This document shows, piece after piece, positions 11,201 through 19,251 of a stretch of DNA of 64,000 nt. Below the pieces are notes generated by a model. That model was not told where the DNA came from. It did no database searches and was given only the letters and a program-made list of their open reading frames with translations. The translations under genes were made by a program, and so were the position numbers. Within the stretch, counting starts at the first letter, position 1. Each line of letters opens with the position of its first letter. Source of the DNA: Bacteroidales bacterium (GTDB taxonomy: Bacteria; Bacteroidota; Bacteroidia; Bacteroidales; Muribaculaceae); NCBI GenBank assembly GCA_900770215.1, contig CAAGJW010000037.1, positions 28,322 through 92,321 on the forward strand, given 5' to 3'.

Positions 11201-11201
11201 T
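5250..11201 (-). CDS. giant secreted GLUG-motif/beta-helix repeat protein with T9SS-like C-terminal domain
   Basis: 1983 aa; signal peptide; three GxGT/SxxxPYxI modules; many GGIVG and CxNxGxV repeats; C-terminus YYDLQGRKV...GVLIKVVCYQNGATRATKLVVR. Confidence 0.85.
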   Translation of the reverse strand: MKKVNLIFCVVFSMLSMACWAQNAATAAPGNSGQQVEGRASARADAWKLQGGVWTEGSCKMPDVQNRGSRAPARSLAAGKTLLYAEYYNNADGSHQLANLMDTVVTSQQGGTAQLNGLYVGANKMTMTYTASTVTIAVQVVYNHPTYGPVYICPIDWDKKTYSTADPLQGTIDAQGNIHLGSWGLFLISGQYKGGTFGTFKSTDLMATNAVMTNVYQTPADSIETYPVYIEQPRDNQISIVNFAGNSVAVNAYVNPDKTVEIAPQFIYRTLSRGDFMCFPANWAKSTSYIDASIEGTATDTEIDLGNWGIFNVSSKKLCPYPYKSSKIEYASGVVSFPQEKALDWTGSGSEADPYVIKTPDQLTAFAQSVTRGISYGAKWVTLGADIDMSKAASAYRPAGDGASHQFQGTFDGKGYAIKHLDISAGKVSYAGLFAYAGDSAAIKNVNLDSLSLTSYGTYAGGLVAYSKGNIDHVQVTHAAIAHHNSYGGGIVGYVNRAKVSDCAFDGSIAAGGITGGIAGYANYSGLERCHASLSMTYDECFNQFQRGVGGIAGHFSATVGDPDQTLAECYATGTITVTVPQGVVGGIVGNLSGDMARCLSNVAINAQVTSARNGMAGGLAGMISGAKLADCYTSNELVSSGNCKQVGGLVGYMLDNSKTTNTLDRCLNTGQVIMATVTGHEGLYGVRFKKTVFTGCYYDKQMTTAELTDSLSYMAATTSQLASGEPLAGYSTDVWTFHKGLYPQLKALAGTDVSNLSVAPVTLADGETTQKVKTAFTVSTQNGIDWYVYENEQLTKKSTGLVINDSTVTLTGVSASSLLVGTAGNGKYIKFVNLKTSNPTGLVGTGTESDPYLIQSKEDLIALNAAVTSSTSPSSFTGDYFRQTRDIDCQGDKAFQGVGDDMNKNHTFDGIYDGGGFAIHNFVIDSIYCDATGMAVRAKSRRVAGLFGYCNKNSVIKNLTLASDCKVRAFEIAGGIAAVTLGRIENCRNNAEVTTIGSYAAGIAGQSVTGSVITGCYNAGTITSGSSVVGGIVGVHAGTVEYCQNDGEVHADSINSFYSAQAQRTVGGIAGQVSGSKAVVQYNINTGYVHTLRSAGGITSSSTRGAVMRCNINYGMVDADLVDEQTGAISGSTLPEATSWTNYYDRQIAQNKATARGEYGTCTGLLTATLTSGKALDSLDASKYNWQKGMYPVLTAFRNEPAANAHRKMVVTLDSAETVDNMTLPATLNQLAGMTWTLKQGTDYKIDNRTLSVTLKADTTSLRDTLVVTYKGYTKAIPLRTVPKLWDGEGTAASPYQIKTVADMNTLSRFTTLELYSFDGNYFKVMNDIDFSTQANFVPVAGGNATFEADFDGNGKTLSHVTINHDEDEYQGLFGTLGAKARLHDLTLADINVTAYRYLGAFAGRAYCELENLTLASGKLTTPKQGYAGGIVYALLGNGMVKNCVNKGNVAPAGGYMGGIVGSMTGNNTRVVDCVNEANLDGARSVGGIACDGAGTIINCTNKGNISGGSSLGGIVATSSCDTIANCVNYGTVTGTGSYAGGVIGYGNSRSTASIIINNHNEGDVTGNSQAGGFAGYMQNAFVVTDCYNTGTVTASGSDCGGLVGAFNYKSSAGDDARLERCYNTGLVAGSGKRVGGLAGNVSAGIEFAACYNTGDVLGGSGDYVGGLAGYCRSADLTDCWNAGNVEASGSGVAGIAGYSQGRVLRCANVGNVTCSSATGSDSQGNAAGLVAHGTPEVADCYNLGDVAGPQLVAGLMATVDNSSTVMSRCYSAGNVHSANAQLGGAVAADGDYVMKGLDSVYYDREVFTGTLSSTDSMASGLTTRELALCDSLGSTFQLKEGFYPTLVSMTDNAVLNFYAATPVLGPLDTRDNVHGPFVVGTPEGTVWTASPAIVTFDGSNAIPTATGEVTITKTMGELSKSYKLTIASTTGVTGTVADSPVLSVTYYDLQGRKVDANHKGVLIKVVCYQNGATRATKLVVR

Positions 11202-11580
11202 GCAAAAACGAATTTGAAAGATTTATTGTTTAAGTTTGTCAACGCAAAATTAATAAATTTTCATATAAAAACAATGAAATCTTTCAATTCAAAAGATTTT
11301 TTACTTCATTCACAATACATTTCAACCCATACGACACATGGCCATCGCCATAGCCAAACGCTACCAGGGCCACAGCGCCGAAAAAAAAGAGCAAATAAAT
11401 CTTCAAAAATTCTGCCTGTCGATTGTCAATATAACGCTTAAACTTTTCCAAAAAGGAAATATGGAAAAAAGTGAGCAATTTAGCTCCAAAATGGAACAGT
11501 AGCTTACTACCATTATTGCCTACTTTTGCGCCAGCATTTAGAAAATTAGTATAACAAACTCGACAATTTAGCTGCCTGCA

Positions 11581-14154
11581 ATGAAAATAAGAACAATTTT
11601 GGCACTGGTGGCCATCATGGTGTCGCTCAACGCAATGAGCCAGGCTTTCACACTCACAGGTGTAGTCACCGACTCGATCACAGGCGACGAGCTGGGCTAT
11701 GCCACAGTGGCCATCAAGGGCACCTCGCTGGGCACTACAACCGACGAGAAGGGAAACTTCTCGATCACTGTGCCGCACTACAACAGCCACTTGACCGTGA
11801 CCTACATGGGTTACAAGCCCATCGACTGCGAGATCACCAGCGCCACCCCACGCCACCTGCGGCTAGCCTTGGCGCCAAGCGAATACACGCTCAAGGAGGT
11901 CGTGGTCAAGAAGCACCACGAGAAATACAGCAAGAAAAACAATCCGGCAGTAGAGCTGATAAAAAACATGATAGCCCATCGCGATGCCGGCGACCCGCGC
12001 AACCACGACTACCTGTCCTACAACCACTATGAGCGCATCGTGGTGGCCCGCAACGACTACGAGCCCAAGAAGAAGAAAGACAAGAAAAAGAGCCGCATGG
12101 ACTTTCTGGCCGAATATGTCGACACGCTGGAATCGGGTGCTACCATACTCCCTATCTCGGAGAAGCGCAAACTCGAAACGGTGTACTACCGCAAGGCCCC
12201 CCACAGCGAGAAAAACGTGGTGCGCGCGCAGTCTTCCGATGGCGTGGAGGAAGGCGTGCTCAACCAGAAGGGCGTAGAAGATTTCCTCAACGAGGTGTTT
12301 AAGCCCGTCAATATTTTTCAAAACGATGTGCCGCTCATGTTGCAGCGCTTCCCCAGCCCGCTCTCGACCATTGGCCCCAATTACTACAAGTATTACTTGC
12401 TCGACACCGTGGTCGTAGCCCACAAGAAATGTGTAGAACTGGGCTTTGCGCCGTTCAACTCTGAGACGTTTGCTTTCACCGGGCGACTCTATGTCGTGCT
12501 CGACTCCACCTATTTCATACAGAAGGCCACCTTCACCGTGCCCTACAAGATCAACCTCAACTTTGTGTCGCGACTCCACATCGACCAGGAGTATGATCTC
12601 GCCCCCGACGGCACACGGCTGATACGCAAAAACGACATCAATGTAGTATTCAACCTGTTCAAGAAGAAAAATCCCCAGGGCGGCATGTATGCCCGCTGTC
12701 TCAACTACTACGACCAGTACAGCTTCGACCGCCCCGACTCAGCCCACTACGCCGTGTTTCACCACAGCGCGCCGGTGATAGAGCTCAACGGCTTCAACAA
12801 GCGCCCGGCAGCCTACTGGACGGCCAACATACCCGCCCCAGTGCGCGACAAGAACCCCGACCGCATGAGCCAGTTTATGGACAAGCTCAACGCGGTGCCG
12901 CTCTATGCCTTTCTCAAGCGCCTCACCGCCGCTATTGTGACAGGCTACCTCCCCACCTCGACCAACCCCAAGAAGAGCTATTTCGACATCGGGCCACTCA
13001 ACTCGGTGGTCAACTTCAACACCATCGAGGGCATGCGCTACCGCCTGGGAGGCACAAGCACCGTCAACTTGAGCGACCGCTTCTTCTTTGCCGGCTATGC
13101 CGCCTACGGCACCAAAGACGGCAAGTGGAAATATGACGGCCTTGTGGAGTATTCCTTCAACCCGCGCAAGGCATTGCGCACCGAGTTCCCGGTGCACTCG
13201 CTGCGCTTCGAGTACATGTACGACATCAACAAGCTGGGGCAGCAATACCTGTACACCAGCAAAGACAACATCATGCTGGCCATACGCCGCAAGAAGGACA
13301 CCCGGGCCACCTATCTGCGCCAGATGGAACTCACCTACACCCGCGAGCACTACAGCGGCTTCAAGTATGCCCTGGTGGCCCGCCACTTCCGCGAGTATGC
13401 CACTAAGTACTGCCAGTTCAACCGCTATGAGAGCGACGGCACGTTACTGCCCAAGCGATACTACGACATGAGCCAGGTAGAGCTCAAGCTGCGCTATGCT
13501 CCCAAGGAGAAATTCTACCAGATGCACACCGAGCGCATCTCGATCACACAAGACGCCTGGGTATTCAGCCTCTCTCACGTGATGTCGTTCAAGCACGTCA
13601 TGGGCTCGTCCTACAACCTGCAGCACACCGAGGCCGGCGTGACCAAGCGGCTGTGGTTCTCGGCCTTCGGCTACATGGATGTGATATTGAAAGCCGGCAA
13701 GGTGTGGTCGAAGGTGCCCTACCCGCTGCTCATCATCCCCAACGCCAACCTCACCTACACGATACAGCCCGAGTCCTACACCAACATGAACGCCATGGAG
13801 TTTCTCAACGACGAGTATGTGTCGTGGGACATCACCTACTACATGAACGGCAACCTGCTCAACCGCATCCCGCTCATCAAGAAGCTCAAGTGGCGCGAGG
13901 TGTTCTGCTTCCGCGGTCTCAAGGGATACCTCACCCACAAAAACGACCCGCGCTATGCCGGCGACACCGAGGGGCTCTATGAGCTGCCCGGCGGTTGCTA
14001 CCGCATGGGCAAGGCCCCCTACATGGAAGCCAGCGCAGGCATCGAGAACATCTTCAAGTTTTTGCGCATCGACTACGTGTGGCGTCTCAACTACCGCCAC
14101 CATGCCGGCATTCAGAAGCGCGGCGTGCGCATGACGTTCCACTTCACCTTCTGA
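11581..14154 (+). CDS. outer-membrane protein, carboxypeptidase-like regulatory domain plus DUF5686-type barrel
   Basis: 857 aa; signal peptide, LTGVVTDSITGDELGYATV...TDEKGNF, LKEVVV, NNPAVELIK, GIENIFKFLRIDYVWRL, terminal Phe. Confidence 0.85.
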   Translation: MKIRTILALVAIMVSLNAMSQAFTLTGVVTDSITGDELGYATVAIKGTSLGTTTDEKGNFSITVPHYNSHLTVTYMGYKPIDCEITSATPRHLRLALAPSEYTLKEVVVKKHHEKYSKKNNPAVELIKNMIAHRDAGDPRNHDYLSYNHYERIVVARNDYEPKKKKDKKKSRMDFLAEYVDTLESGATILPISEKRKLETVYYRKAPHSEKNVVRAQSSDGVEEGVLNQKGVEDFLNEVFKPVNIFQNDVPLMLQRFPSPLSTIGPNYYKYYLLDTVVVAHKKCVELGFAPFNSETFAFTGRLYVVLDSTYFIQKATFTVPYKINLNFVSRLHIDQEYDLAPDGTRLIRKNDINVVFNLFKKKNPQGGMYARCLNYYDQYSFDRPDSAHYAVFHHSAPVIELNGFNKRPAAYWTANIPAPVRDKNPDRMSQFMDKLNAVPLYAFLKRLTAAIVTGYLPTSTNPKKSYFDIGPLNSVVNFNTIEGMRYRLGGTSTVNLSDRFFFAGYAAYGTKDGKWKYDGLVEYSFNPRKALRTEFPVHSLRFEYMYDINKLGQQYLYTSKDNIMLAIRRKKDTRATYLRQMELTYTREHYSGFKYALVARHFREYATKYCQFNRYESDGTLLPKRYYDMSQVELKLRYAPKEKFYQMHTERISITQDAWVFSLSHVMSFKHVMGSSYNLQHTEAGVTKRLWFSAFGYMDVILKAGKVWSKVPYPLLIIPNANLTYTIQPESYTNMNAMEFLNDEYVSWDITYYMNGNLLNRIPLIKKLKWREVFCFRGLKGYLTHKNDPRYAGDTEGLYELPGGCYRMGKAPYMEASAGIENIFKFLRIDYVWRLNYRHHAGIQKRGVRMTFHFTF

Positions 14155-14211
14155 CGCCCGAAGGGCTTCACATCTTCAAGCAAATAATGTAGATAAAAAA
14201 AACGAAAAGAC

Positions 14212-15180
14212 ATGGCACACGACACACAACTGGAAGAAGTCACATTTGACTCGCTGCAAGGCAGCACGCAGAATTTTTTGTACTCCGACAAGGACATAGC
14301 ATTTATCGTCGACCCTGGCAACTTCCCGCAATATTTGGGAGTGCACCTGACAATGTATGCCATCTTCACCTGCATAAAAGGGAAGGTCACACTCAACTAC
14401 AACAACATGCCACAGACGGTGACAGCCAACGAGATGTTTGTGTGCGTGCCCAACTCGATTGTGACCGACCTCATGCTGTCGACCGACAACACGATGCACA
14501 TCATCCTGCTCTCGCAACGGGCACTACAAGGGTTGCTGCGCAACGAGATCTCGATATGGAACCACGCGCTCTATGTCGACAAGAAGCAAAAATTCAAAGT
14601 GCCCGAGAAAATCATGGCGCAGCTGGCACTGTATGAAGACCTGTGCCGGTCGAAGCTGGAGACCATCGAGCAACCCTATGGCAAGCTCTCGATCACGGCT
14701 GTGTTTCAAGGCCTGCTCTACGACCTGTGCGGCGTGCTCGAACACAACCGGCAGGGAAACGACACGCTTGCAATCAACTACATGATCGACACCACCAAGC
14801 CCCAGGAAGTCATCTTCCGCCAGTTTATCAGCAACTTGCAGAACGAGAAAATGAAGCGCCGCCCCGTGTCGTACTATGCTGGCCAGCTGTGCATCTCAAG
14901 CAAATACTTGAGCACCATCGTCAAGCATGCCAGCAACCGCACGGTGATGGACTGGATACACGAGTATGTGAACGCCGACATACGCTACTATCTCTACAAC
15001 TCGTCGATGTCGATAAAGGAGATATGCCACAGGCTCAACTTCACCAACCTGTCATTTTTCGGCAAATATGTAAAAAACCAATTTGGCTGCTCGCCACGCA
15101 AGCTTCGGGCCCAGGTCATGGGCCTCAACCAAACGACCGAGCCCATTCAGGCAAAGTCCTCTACTGGCAAGCTGCCGTAA
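14212..15180 (+). CDS. AraC family transcriptional regulator
   Basis: C-terminal HTH VSYYAGQLCISSKYLS...SMSIKEICHRLNFTNLSFFGKYVKNQFGCSP. Confidence 0.93.
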   Translation: MAHDTQLEEVTFDSLQGSTQNFLYSDKDIAFIVDPGNFPQYLGVHLTMYAIFTCIKGKVTLNYNNMPQTVTANEMFVCVPNSIVTDLMLSTDNTMHIILLSQRALQGLLRNEISIWNHALYVDKKQKFKVPEKIMAQLALYEDLCRSKLETIEQPYGKLSITAVFQGLLYDLCGVLEHNRQGNDTLAINYMIDTTKPQEVIFRQFISNLQNEKMKRRPVSYYAGQLCISSKYLSTIVKHASNRTVMDWIHEYVNADIRYYLYNSSMSIKEICHRLNFTNLSFFGKYVKNQFGCSPRKLRAQVMGLNQTTEPIQAKSSTGKLP

Positions 15181-15205
15181 GGATCCTGGCTCATAGCAAG
15201 GCAGC

Positions 15206-15757
15206 TCAGTGAGGACGTGAGGACGCCCCATGCCCGTACACCACACGCTTGATCTCGCGCGCCGCCGCCTCGACCGCCGTGGCCGTGTCGAAGCCACTGG
15301 TCATGAGGCGCAGGGGCAAGGCTTGCCGCGAGGGCGAGTAGGACGGCTGCACATAGTCTACATCCTCCCACAGCACAAAGCGGTGACGCTTGTAAAAGGC
15401 GATACGGCGGCAGGCAAGCTCACAGGTCGGGAGTTCCACCTCAAGAATGAGCGGCTTCACAGCCTGGGCGACAAAGTGATCGAGCACCTGGCTGCCGATG
15501 CCTTGGTTGCGCACCGAGCTGTCGACGGCAAAGTGCTCCATGTAGCAGAAGCTCTCAAAATCCCAAGTGCTGATGAAACCTATCACATTGTTACCATCGA
15601 GAGCCCCATGCAGGGCAAAGCGGGGGTTTTCACGTGCAATTCTTTCAAAATCAAGCATATCTCGACGCTCATCGACGGGGAAACTATCGACCAATAATTG
15701 TTCAATTTTCTTAAATTGAGAAGAATTTGGCGAAATATTGTTATAATTTAATAGCAT
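15206..15757 (-). CDS. GNAT family N-acetyltransferase
   Basis: SFPVDERR, YMEHFAVDSSVRNQGIGSQVL (motif A), ILEVE, RRIAFYKRH; start set at ATG 15757. Confidence 0.9.
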   Translation of the reverse strand: MLLNYNNISPNSSQFKKIEQLLVDSFPVDERRDMLDFERIARENPRFALHGALDGNNVIGFISTWDFESFCYMEHFAVDSSVRNQGIGSQVLDHFVAQAVKPLILEVELPTCELACRRIAFYKRHRFVLWEDVDYVQPSYSPSRQALPLRLMTSGFDTATAVEAAAREIKRVVYGHGASSRPH

Positions 15758-15874
15758 ATGAGATTTTTTTCTTACATTTGCAAAATAATTGATAATTGAA
15801 TGAAGTAACCAACTTAACAATTTGAGAATTTAGCGACTAAATTAATAAATTAACGACATATAACAAAACACATT

Positions 15875-16345
15875 ATGGCAAATTCAAAATTAGACGCTCT
15901 TGATTATAAAATCTTGAAGATGCTGGCTGTGAATGCTCGCAAGCCGTATCTCGAGATTGCTCGCGCCTGCAACGTGAGTGGAGCTGCCATCCATCAACGC
16001 ATCCAGAAGCTTTACAACCTGGGCGTGATAAGAGGCAGTATTTCACTCATCAACCCCTCATCGGTGGGCTATGACACGTGCGCCTATGTGGGCATCTATC
16101 TCAACGACTCGTCGAAGTTTGACGAGGTTGTAGAGCACCTCAAGGAGATGCCCGAAGTGGTGGAATGCTACTTCACAACAGGAAAATACGACATGTTTGT
16201 AAAGCTCTATGCCCACAACAACGATCACCTGCTGAGCTTGATTCACAACAAGTTTTTGCAGCTCGGGCTGGGACGCACCGAGACGCTCATCACATTTAAA
16301 GAAGTCTTCAAGCGCCAAATTCCTATTGACGAGGACGACGAATAG
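15875..16345 (+). CDS. asnC: Lrp/AsnC family transcriptional regulator
   Basis: LDALDYKILKML..NARKPYLEIARACNVSGAAIHQRIQKL; PEVVECYFTTGKYD. Confidence 0.9.
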   Translation: MANSKLDALDYKILKMLAVNARKPYLEIARACNVSGAAIHQRIQKLYNLGVIRGSISLINPSSVGYDTCAYVGIYLNDSSKFDEVVEHLKEMPEVVECYFTTGKYDMFVKLYAHNNDHLLSLIHNKFLQLGLGRTETLITFKEVFKRQIPIDEDDE

Positions 16346-16380
16346 CGGCCCGCAAGCCGCTGGGCAACAACTCTACACAT

Positions 16381-16421
16381 GGAGTGAAACTCACAGCACG
16401 CGAGGGCGAGAGTTTCACTCC
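16381..16421. terminator. hairpin between convergent asnC and znuC
   Basis: 12-bp inverted repeat GGAGTGAAACTC / GAGTTTCACTCC. Confidence 0.6.
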
Positions 16422-17152
16422 GTTGCTTTTAGGCCATGAGCCTGTGATGGTGGCACGGCATCGGTGCAGCGCGTGACCAGCATGTGATGGTGGCACGGGC
16501 ACTCATGCAGCGTGTGATCGACAATGAAGTGACGGTTGGCCATGGCCGAAACCACACTCACGTCGTGGCTCACCATGATGATGGTGGCTTGGCGCGAGAG
16601 CTCGCCGATGAGCTGGTAGAGGCGTTGCTCGTAGTACTGGTCGAGATAGCTGAGCGGCTCATCGAGCACAAGCACATCGGGCCGCCCAATGATGGCACGT
16701 CCCAGCAAGGCACGCTGCAGCTGCCCGCCCGAGAGCTCGCCCAGCGTGTGCTTGTGCAGCTGCTGCAAGCCCAGCTGTGCCAGAGTATCGGCCACAAGGG
16801 CACTCTCGGCTGCCGAGAGCCGGTGCAGCGGCCTCATCTTGAGACCCGAGGCCACCACCTCCTCGACGGTGACGGGGAAGCGGCTGTCGATCATGTTCTT
16901 CTGGGGCAAATAGCCAAATCTCAAATGCTGCACCTGGCAATCGCCGTCGTAGTACACCACACGGCCGCTGCTGGGCGCCACAAGCCGCAGCATCATGCGC
17001 ATCAAGGTGGTCTTGCCGCCGCCGTTGGGGCCAGTCACTATCACAAAGTCGCCACGATTCACAGTCACACTCACATGGCTCACCACAGCGAGGCGGCCAT
17101 AGTCCTTGCTCACATCCTGCAACTCGATAATCCTGGAAGTTGTTGCACTCAT
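16415..17152 (-). CDS. znuC: Zn/Mn ABC transporter ATP-binding protein
   Basis: Walker A GPNGGGKTT, GYLPQ, LSGGQLQR, VLDEP, His/Cys-rich tail. Confidence 0.85.
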   Translation of the reverse strand: MSATTSRIIELQDVSKDYGRLAVVSHVSVTVNRGDFVIVTGPNGGGKTTLMRMMLRLVAPSSGRVVYYDGDCQVQHLRFGYLPQKNMIDSRFPVTVEEVVASGLKMRPLHRLSAAESALVADTLAQLGLQQLHKHTLGELSGGQLQRALLGRAIIGRPDVLVLDEPLSYLDQYYEQRLYQLIGELSRQATIIMVSHDVSVVSAMANRHFIVDHTLHECPCHHHMLVTRCTDAVPPSQAHGLKATE

Positions 17153-17200
17153 AAGGGAAATTTAAATGATAAGGGGGAAAAACAACTCATTGCAGCACGC

Positions 17201-18076
17201 TCACCGGGCCGTTGCCGCCAGGGCACGGGCAATCCTGCTCATCTCGCCCGCCCAGTCGCCACTCATGGGATTGATCTCGACCGTCGTGCAGCCTATCTCC
17301 TTGTTGACAGCAGTGGCAGCACGGCTGTCGAACTGGCGCTGCACAAATATCACCCTTGCACCACTGTTGCGGGCAAGGTCGATGCGACGGGCAAGGTCGA
17401 GAGCCGAGGGCTCCTTGCCGTTGTCGAGAGACAACTGGTGCAGGCCGTAGTCGCGGGCAAAGTAGCTGAGCGTGGGGTGCCAGTCGATAAAGGTGGAGCC
17501 CTTCACGGGCGCAAGCTGTCGCGCAATGTGGCGGTCGAGCGTGTCGAGACTGGCGCTGAGCGCATTGTAATTTTTCACAAAATACCGCTTGTGCTTGGGA
17601 TAGAGCTTGATGAGGTCGAGCAGCATGTTGTGGGCAATCACCTTGGCATTTTTCACCGAGGTCCACACATGAGGGTCATACTCGCCATCGTCGGCGTCCT
17701 GCCCGCGCAACAGCCTGATGCCCGTGCTGGTGTCGAAAATGCTCAATTGCGGATTGTTGTTTCTCGCCTTGCCCACGATGGCCGACTCATAGCCAATGTT
17801 GCCAATCGTGAAATAGGCCTGCGCCCGCTCAAGCTTCATCATGTCGGACGTCTTGGGCTCGTAGTTCTCGGGATTGCTCTGCTCCTCGAGCAGGCACAAC
17901 ACCTCGACCTTGCTGCCGGCAATCTTCTCCAGCAAGTACCGCTGTGGGACGATGCTCACCACCACCCGAGGCTTCTCGCCTTGCTGCAGGCGGCAGCCCG
18001 CAGCCATCACTGCCACAATGGCCACTATAGCCATCGATGCCAGTATAGGAACAATATAGTCGACTCGTCGTTTCAT
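17201..18076 (-). CDS. znuA: Zn/Mn ABC transporter substrate-binding lipoprotein (TroA/ZnuA family)
   Basis: Lipobox AAGC, NPENYEP, DPHVWTS, HPTLSYFARDYGL, GKEPS. Confidence 0.85.
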   Translation of the reverse strand: MKRRVDYIVPILASMAIVAIVAVMAAGCRLQQGEKPRVVVSIVPQRYLLEKIAGSKVEVLCLLEEQSNPENYEPKTSDMMKLERAQAYFTIGNIGYESAIVGKARNNNPQLSIFDTSTGIRLLRGQDADDGEYDPHVWTSVKNAKVIAHNMLLDLIKLYPKHKRYFVKNYNALSASLDTLDRHIARQLAPVKGSTFIDWHPTLSYFARDYGLHQLSLDNGKEPSALDLARRIDLARNSGARVIFVQRQFDSRAATAVNKEIGCTTVEINPMSGDWAGEMSRIARALAATAR

Positions 18077-18168
18077 TGCTAACTTAGGATTTCATGCAAA
18101 GTTAATATTTCTTAACAAAATAAACAAATTTTTTACACAAAAATTCTCCTCCTCAAGAGATATTACAG

Positions 18169-18176
18169 TAATTTTG
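18169..18176 (+). promoter_or_regulatory. -7 promoter element for the corA leader
   Basis: TAATTTTG matches Bacteroidetes TAnnTTTG, about 150 nt upstream of the corA ATG. Confidence 0.65.
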
Positions 18177-18205
18177 CATGTAATAATCAAAACGAAACAC
18201 AGAAT

Positions 18206-18259
18206 ATGGACGATAGCGTACCGCTAGATAGTAAACAACCTGTTGATATAGAGGCATAA
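18206..18259 (+). CDS. putative corA leader peptide MDDSVPLDSKQPVDIEA (17 aa)
   Basis: ATG 18206 to TAA 18257-18259 after an A-rich stretch; the stop codon lies inside the 5' arm of the leader hairpin. Confidence 0.55.
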   Translation: MDDSVPLDSKQPVDIEA

Positions 18260-18330
18260 ACCCACACGATGCATTGTGGCTTGTGCCTCGGCGATATTGA
18301 CGCAAACATAGGAGGAGGCATAACACAATG
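18251..18330 (+). promoter_or_regulatory. mutually exclusive hairpins controlling access to the corA start codon
   Basis: Segment 18272-18289 can pair with 18251-18266 or with 18315-18330 (includes ATG); GAGGCATAA occurs at both 18251 and 18315. Confidence 0.7.
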
Positions 18331-19251
18331 ACAGAATTCTTACTATTTGGAAAGAATTTCACAAAATGCGACCAGTGGAAACCTGGCTGCTGGGTGAACA
18401 TTTCCTGCCCTGACCAGGGCGAGCTCGATTACTTGCGCAATCTCGACGTGCCCGAGTCGTTTATCACCGATATCAGCGATGCCGATGAGCGACCGCGTAC
18501 CGAAATCGACGGCGACTGGCTGCTCACCGTGCTGCGAGTGCCCCGGCAGACGAGCGATGACGACATCCCGTTCAACACCATCCCCGTGGGCGTGATCACC
18601 AATGGCGACCTGGTGATTGTGCTGTGCTACTACAAGAACATCGTGGTCAACGACTTCATCAAGTACAACAGCGCCAAGAACATCGAGATACCCAACAAGT
18701 TGGTACTCATCATGCGCCTCATCCTGTCGTCGGCGGTATGGTTCCTTAAATACTTGAAAATCATAAACATCGACATCAACAATGCCGAGGACGGTCTCGA
18801 GCAGAGCATGCACAACGAGGACCTGCTGCGACTGCGCAACCTGCAGAAGAGCCTGGTATACTTCAACACCTCGATAAGGGGCAACATGACCCTGCTGGTG
18901 CGACTGCGCACGCTGTTTCAGAACTCGGGCCTCATCGACAAGGACATGATCGAAGATGTCGACATCGAGCTGCAGCAGGCACTCAACACCGTGAAGGTGT
19001 ACAGCGACATCCTGAGCGGCACCATGGATGCGTTTGCCTCGATCATCTCCAACAACTTGAACGTGATCATGAAACGCATGACCAGCACCTCGATCATACT
19101 GATGCTGCCCACATTCATTGCCTCGCTCTACGGCATGAACGTGGCCCTGCCCTTTGAGCACCGCGTGTGGGCCTTCACCTTCATCGCCGTGCTATGCGTC
19201 TTGTTCTCGGTGGGAGCATTCTTCCTGTTCCGCCACATCAAGTGGTTCTAA
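18328..19251 (+). CDS. corA: magnesium transporter CorA family
   Basis: DADERPR, FASIISNNLNVIMKRMT, IASLYGMNV (GMN signature), two C-terminal TM helices. Confidence 0.95.
   Translation: MTEFLLFGKNFTKCDQWKPGCWVNISCPDQGELDYLRNLDVPESFITDISDADERPRTEIDGDWLLTVLRVPRQTSDDDIPFNTIPVGVITNGDLVIVLCYYKNIVVNDFIKYNSAKNIEIPNKLVLIMRLILSSAVWFLKYLKIINIDINNAEDGLEQSMHNEDLLRLRNLQKSLVYFNTSIRGNMTLLVRLRTLFQNSGLIDKDMIEDVDIELQQALNTVKVYSDILSGTMDAFASIISNNLNVIMKRMTSTSIILMLPTFIASLYGMNVALPFEHRVWAFTFIAVLCVLFSVGAFFLFRHIKWF

Noticed and set aside
11284..11410. Signal-peptide-like stretch KIYLLFFFGAVALVAFG in the intergenic region
   Set aside because: No convincing start or recognisable parent gene; may be chance from T-rich sequence
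16415..18076. Incomplete metal ABC transporter (no permease)
   Set aside because: The permease can be encoded elsewhere; both genes are intact, so this is not evidence of novelty
18183..18227. Alternative-frame corA uORF (IIKTKHRIWTIAYR)
   Set aside because: No canonical start codon, and its stop does not overlap the switch hairpin; the ATG-initiated frame at 18206 fits better
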